Of a stretch of 64,000 nucleotides of DNA, positions 56,806 through 64,000 are shown piece by piece. Made by a program: the position numbers and the translations under genes. Every line of letters begins with the position of its first letter. The stretch's first letter is position 1. This stretch comes from Agathobacter sp. (GTDB lineage: Bacteria; Bacillota; Clostridia; Lachnospirales; Lachnospiraceae). The stretch is from contig JAXJTU010000097.1 of the NCBI GenBank assembly GCA_036309425.1, forward strand, positions 124-64,123. Reading direction: 5' to 3'. The notes under the pieces are model-generated. The model made no database searches, was not told the origin of the DNA, and worked only from the letters and a program-made list of their open reading frames with translations.

Positions 56806-57339
56806 ATGCTGTTAGCAGAAGGAAGTTCATTTTTATTTAATCTTGATGCCCAGCTGCCCTTCGATACAGCACTTCTTGCTGTAGCTGTATTCGTACTTTT
56901 CTATTTTATGTCATACCTGTTATTCAATCCTGCAAGAAAGTTACTTGCAGAAAGACAGGAGCGCATCAAGAATGATATCGATGCAGCAAAAGAGGATAAG
57001 GAAAGTGCAAAGGCTTTAAAGGCTGAATACGAGAGTAAGCTCAAGGACATTGATAAAGAGGCTGAGGTAATTTTATCAGAGGCCAGACATAAGGCTTTAC
57101 AGAATGAAAGCAAGATTATTGATGAGGCTAAGCAGGAAGCAGCACGCATCATTAAGAGAGCGCAGGAAGAAGCCGAACTTGAGAAGAAGCATGCCATGGA
57201 TGATGTTAAGCAGGAGATGATTCAGATTGCTGCATTAATGGCACAGAAGGTTGTGGCAGCTTCAATTAATACAGATATTCAGGATACATTGGTTGAGGAA
57301 ACACTTAAAGAGATGGGAGAGTCAACATGGCAAAGCTAG
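56806..57339 (+). CDS. atpF: F0 subunit b
   Basis: TM helix, LFNP...ERQERI, coiled coil. Confidence 0.93.
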   Translation: MLLAEGSSFLFNLDAQLPFDTALLAVAVFVLFYFMSYLLFNPARKLLAERQERIKNDIDAAKEDKESAKALKAEYESKLKDIDKEAEVILSEARHKALQNESKIIDEAKQEAARIIKRAQEEAELEKKHAMDDVKQEMIQIAALMAQKVVAASINTDIQDTLVEETLKEMGESTWQS

Positions 57340-57872
57340 TATCTAAGACATACGGTGATGCATTGTTTGAGGTGGCCCTCGAAAACAACCAGTTGGATTC
57401 AATGTTAGAAGAGGTCAAGGCTGTTTCGGCAGCTATAGTTTCCAATGAGGACCTGACCAAACTTATGAATCATCCGAAGATTGTAAAAGAAGAAAAAATC
57501 AAAGTCATCGAAGATATTTTCACAGGAAAAGTATCAAAAGAACTGGTAGGTCTTATGAGAATGGTGGTCGAGAAGGACCATTACAATGAGTTGAATGATG
57601 TATTTTTGTATTTTATCAATCAGGTTAAGGAATACAAAAATATCGGAACTGCATATGTGACATCAGCTATCGAACTAAACGACAGCCAGAAGCAGGCAGT
57701 TCTTAAGAGACTTCTCGAGACTACAAAATATGTGGAATTTGAGATGCACTATGACGTTGACGCCGCACTTATCGGCGGTATGAAGATTCGCATCGGAGAC
57801 AGAGTGGTAGATTCAAGTATTCAGAATAAACTGTATAATCTCACACGCGAATTATCGAATATGACAATTTAA
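57327..57872 (+). CDS. atpH: F1 subunit delta
   Basis: YGDALF, VTSA, LIGG...RVVDSS. Confidence 0.93.
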   Translation: MAKLVSKTYGDALFEVALENNQLDSMLEEVKAVSAAIVSNEDLTKLMNHPKIVKEEKIKVIEDIFTGKVSKELVGLMRMVVEKDHYNELNDVFLYFINQVKEYKNIGTAYVTSAIELNDSQKQAVLKRLLETTKYVEFEMHYDVDAALIGGMKIRIGDRVVDSSIQNKLYNLTRELSNMTI

Positions 57873-57891
57873 ATAACATGAAAGTAGGTGA

Positions 57892-59406
<1,515 letters not shown>

Positions 59407-59446
59407 GAGCCTATAAGTAAAATAACAGGAAAGCAGGTGATTTATA

Positions 59447-60307
59447 ATGGCTTCAATGAGAGACATTAAGCGTAGAAAAAGTAGTATTTCAAGTACTCAG
59501 CAGATCACCAAAGCTATGAAGCTTGTTTCTACAGTTAAACTGCAGAAAGCAAAGACAAGAGCGGAACAGACAGATCCTTATTTCAGATATATGTATAAGA
59601 CAGTAAGCTCAATTCTGGCAAAGAGTGGTAATATCAGCCACCCTTACCTTACACCAGGCGATTCTGACAGAAAAGCAGTTGTAGTATTAACTTCTAATCG
59701 TGGATTAGCCGGTGGATACAACACTAATGTTGTAAAGCTTATTACAAATGGAGATTTTAATAAGGATGAGCTTGATATTTATGCAGTTGGTGGCAAGGGA
59801 CAAGAATTACTTGCCAGCAAGGGCTACAATATCGTAGAGAGTGCGCCGGAGGTTATGGAAAATCCAACATATTCTGATGCGGCAGAGCTTTGTAATAAAG
59901 TTCTCGAATCATTCAGCAATGGAGAAGTTGGAGAAATCTATCTTGCCTACACTCATTTTAAGAACACAGTTACTCAGGAGGCACAGCTTATCAAATTACT
60001 TCCAGTTGAGATTGATGATGAGGAAGAAGATGACAGTGATGATGCATCAGTATTGATGAATTATGAGCCAAACGAAGAAGAGGCTCTTGACATGATTATT
60101 CCTAAGTATGTGACTAGTCTGTTCTACGGAGCATTAGTTGAATCTCATGCGAGTGAGAACGGTGCACGAATGCAGGCCATGGATTCGGCAACAAGTAATG
60201 CAGAAGAGATGATCAGTGATCTGACACTTAAATATAACAGAGCACGTCAGGGCTCAATTACACAGGAACTTACAGAAATTATCGCAGGTGCAAATGCTAT
60301 TTCGTAG
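59447..60307 (+). CDS. atpG: F1 subunit gamma
   Basis: ITKAMKLVS, RGLAGGYN, RQGSITQELTEI. Confidence 0.97.
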   Translation: MASMRDIKRRKSSISSTQQITKAMKLVSTVKLQKAKTRAEQTDPYFRYMYKTVSSILAKSGNISHPYLTPGDSDRKAVVVLTSNRGLAGGYNTNVVKLITNGDFNKDELDIYAVGGKGQELLASKGYNIVESAPEVMENPTYSDAAELCNKVLESFSNGEVGEIYLAYTHFKNTVTQEAQLIKLLPVEIDDEEEDDSDDASVLMNYEPNEEEALDMIIPKYVTSLFYGALVESHASENGARMQAMDSATSNAEEMISDLTLKYNRARQGSITQELTEIIAGANAIS

Positions 60308-60326
60308 GTTTGAAAAAATTATGTAA

Positions 60327-61730
<1,404 letters not shown>

Positions 61731-61759
61731 TCGCCAATCTACAGATAAGGAGTGAGTGT

Positions 61760-62167
61760 ATGGCAGATAATATTTTTAAGGTAGAAATAATTACACCGGA
61801 CAGAGTTTTCTTTACAGGCGAAGCTGATTTCATAGAGTTTACAGCTGAGTCAGGTGAACTCGGTGTATACAAGAATCATATTCCAATGACAACGGTTCTT
61901 GCACCCGGACTTGTAACCATTCACAATGGTGACGAGAAAAAGGTGGCTGCTGTTCACGCCGGATTTGCAGAGATACTTGGCGAGAAGGTAACTCTTCTTG
62001 CAGAGTTAGCAGAATGGCCTGATGAAATTGATGCAGAAAGAGCTGAGGCTGCAAAAGAAAGAGCCGAGGAAAGATTAGCAAGTCATGACGGAGAGGTCGA
62101 CATTAAGCGTGCAGAGTTTGCACTTAAGAAGGCACTTATCCGAATTGACGCAAAAGATTATATGTAA
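61760..62167 (+). CDS. atpC: F1 subunit epsilon
   Basis: IITPDR, GELGV...HIP, EIDAERA. Confidence 0.95.
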   Translation: MADNIFKVEIITPDRVFFTGEADFIEFTAESGELGVYKNHIPMTTVLAPGLVTIHNGDEKKVAAVHAGFAEILGEKVTLLAELAEWPDEIDAERAEAAKERAEERLASHDGEVDIKRAEFALKKALIRIDAKDYM

Positions 62168-62168
62168 G

Positions 62169-62195
62169 AAAATCCACCCGCGAGGGTGGATTTTT
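62169..62195 (+). terminator. atp operon terminator
   Basis: AAAATCCACCC-GCGA-GGGTGGATTTTT. Confidence 0.85.
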
Positions 62196-62236
62196 AACAA
62201 TTAAACAGATATAATCAATAATTATGAAGAGAAGAG

Positions 62237-63832
62237 GTGAATTACAAAATGGGTGTATATTTTAATCCGAATAATGAAAGCTTTACAAAGGATAGAAATT
62301 ACAAAATTTATATTGATAAAACAGAATTACTTGAGTTCTTGAATCAATCAATAGGCACACCCCAAAATTGTGTTGCAGTAAGCCATGCCAGACGATTTGG
62401 AAAATCCCATGCAGCTGGAATGATAGATGCATATTATAGCCGAGGATGTGATTCGTCGAATCTGTTTAAGGATACAAAAATTTCTTCAAATAAAGACTAT
62501 AAAAAATATATGAATCAGTATAATGTGATTCACCTGGATATATCTTCATTTTGGGATGATTTTAAAGACTGTATAGTTGAAAAAATTCAGGAATATGTTA
62601 TCGATGATTTTAAAGAGGTATTTGGGGAAGAGATTGATTTTTCTAAAAAGTTTAGTGTTGTTTTAATGTCAATTTACAAGAATACGAAGATTCCTTTTGT
62701 AATCATCATTGATGAGTGGGATTGCGTTATTAGAAATAGTGAGAATCAAGAACTGGTTCATAAATATTTACAGTTTCTTCATTCGCTTTTTAAATCTGAA
62801 GAGTCCAAAAGATTTTTAGCATTGGCATACATCACAGGAATTTTGCCTATTAAAAAGATAAAGGATGAGTCCGCATTAAATAATTTTAGAGAATTTACAA
62901 TGTTAGATTCTTATCCGATTACGCAGTATTTTGGTTTCACAGAAGATGAAGTTAGAGAACTCTGTAAAAATCATGATATGGATTTTGAGAGCACAAAAGC
63001 CTGGTACAATGGTTATTTAATTGATGGAATGCATATGTATAATCCAAACTCTGTATCAATGGCGTTGAATAGACATAGATTTGATTCTTATTGGAAAAAT
63101 ACCTCTTCGTTTTCCTCTATTAATACATTCATCACAATGAATTATGAAGGCTTAAAAGATGACATTATGACAATGCTATCAGATGGAAAAGTATATGTGA
63201 ATACTGAAACTTTTCAAAATGATTTTTCTACAGTTTCGTCCAAAGATGAAGCACTTACAGCTTTAATTCATTTAGGATATTTGGGATATGACAGGGAATA
63301 TGATAGTGTATTTATACCTAATTATGAAGTGAAGAAAGCATATCAGGCCGCTCTTTGTACAGGAAGTTGGAGTGAAGTGGCAAAATCAATTGCAAAATGC
63401 GATGAGTTATTGAGGGCTACAATAGATGGTGATGCAGATAAAGTGGCAGAAATCATTGAACTAGCTCATGATACCTATACCTCTGTCCTAAAATACAATG
63501 ACGAGAACTCTTTAAGCTGCGTACTAACAATGGCATATTTCACGGCACCAGGATATTATAACATTACTCGTGAGATGCCAACGGGTAAAGGATTTGCAGA
63601 CTTTGTATTTATTCCAAGGGCAAATGCAGGAAACCGACCAGCAATGATTGTTGAACTTAAGTACAATAAATCTGCTGACACAGCAATAAAACAGATAAAG
63701 GAAAATCGTTATCAGGGAGCATTATCAGGATATAGTGATAAAATTCTTCTGGTTGGAATAAATTACGAGTCAGAAGGAAATGAGAAAAAGCATCATACTT
63801 GTATAATAGAGACCATTGGGGACAAAGATTAA
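62237..63832 (+). CDS. AAA-ATPase-like domain plus PD-(D/E)XK nuclease protein (second, divergent homologue)
   Basis: YIDKT, ARRFGKS, IIDEWD, WYNGY, YNPNS, GFADFVF...IVELK, AIKQIKE. Confidence 0.88.
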   Translation: MNYKMGVYFNPNNESFTKDRNYKIYIDKTELLEFLNQSIGTPQNCVAVSHARRFGKSHAAGMIDAYYSRGCDSSNLFKDTKISSNKDYKKYMNQYNVIHLDISSFWDDFKDCIVEKIQEYVIDDFKEVFGEEIDFSKKFSVVLMSIYKNTKIPFVIIIDEWDCVIRNSENQELVHKYLQFLHSLFKSEESKRFLALAYITGILPIKKIKDESALNNFREFTMLDSYPITQYFGFTEDEVRELCKNHDMDFESTKAWYNGYLIDGMHMYNPNSVSMALNRHRFDSYWKNTSSFSSINTFITMNYEGLKDDIMTMLSDGKVYVNTETFQNDFSTVSSKDEALTALIHLGYLGYDREYDSVFIPNYEVKKAYQAALCTGSWSEVAKSIAKCDELLRATIDGDADKVAEIIELAHDTYTSVLKYNDENSLSCVLTMAYFTAPGYYNITREMPTGKGFADFVFIPRANAGNRPAMIVELKYNKSADTAIKQIKENRYQGALSGYSDKILLVGINYESEGNEKKHHTCIIETIGDKD

Positions 63833-63841
63833 AGAGGAAAA

Positions 63842-64000
63842 ATGATAACAATAGATAGAGAAAAAGTAAGAAAAACATTTGCCGATTATACAGCAAATTA
63901 CAATGCCAAAGATGAAAAAATAAAGTTAAAAATTAACCATACTTACAGGGTGGCAGGCCTGTGTGACAGAATCGCCGACAGCATTGGATTAGTAGGTGAG
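63842..64000 (+). CDS. Probable HD-domain protein, N-terminus only (partial)
   Basis: MITIDREKVRKTFADYTANY...KLKINHTYRVAGLC..IA; runs off the window end before the HD motif. Confidence 0.65.
   Translation, partial: MITIDREKVRKTFADYTANYNAKDEKIKLKINHTYRVAGLCDRIADSIGLVGE

Overview
Low-GC Firmicute chromosome segment, probably Lachnospiraceae/Clostridia, with most genes on the + strand. It opens with the right end of an integrative element: a large serine recombinase inserted into, and reading through, the tadA/cpaF pilus ATPase gene at its NTG^HDGS motif. The rest of an intact Tad/Flp pilus cluster follows, then an alpha-galactoside/alpha-glucoside utilisation locus, cobB and rpsF-ssb-rpsR. A ~25 kb accessory-looking block comes next (AraC/GH36, GntR-ABC, Rpn-like PD-(D/E)XK gene, MerR, AAA-ATPase/PD-(D/E)XK, ABC exporter, two two-component systems). 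It is followed by gdpP-rplI-dnaB, ferredoxin, tsaC, a complete F-type ATP synthase operon with a Na+-binding signature, and a second AAA-ATPase/nuclease. The most unusual unexplained signal is a family of four, possibly five, GC-rich intergenic long-palindrome elements (about 90-360 bp). The four clear members start TTGG^CT at the foot of the stem, three share a conserved core, and the outer arms differ between copies yet stay almost perfectly paired. No rRNA, tRNA or CRISPR array was seen. Product calls rest on motif recognition only; no database search was run.
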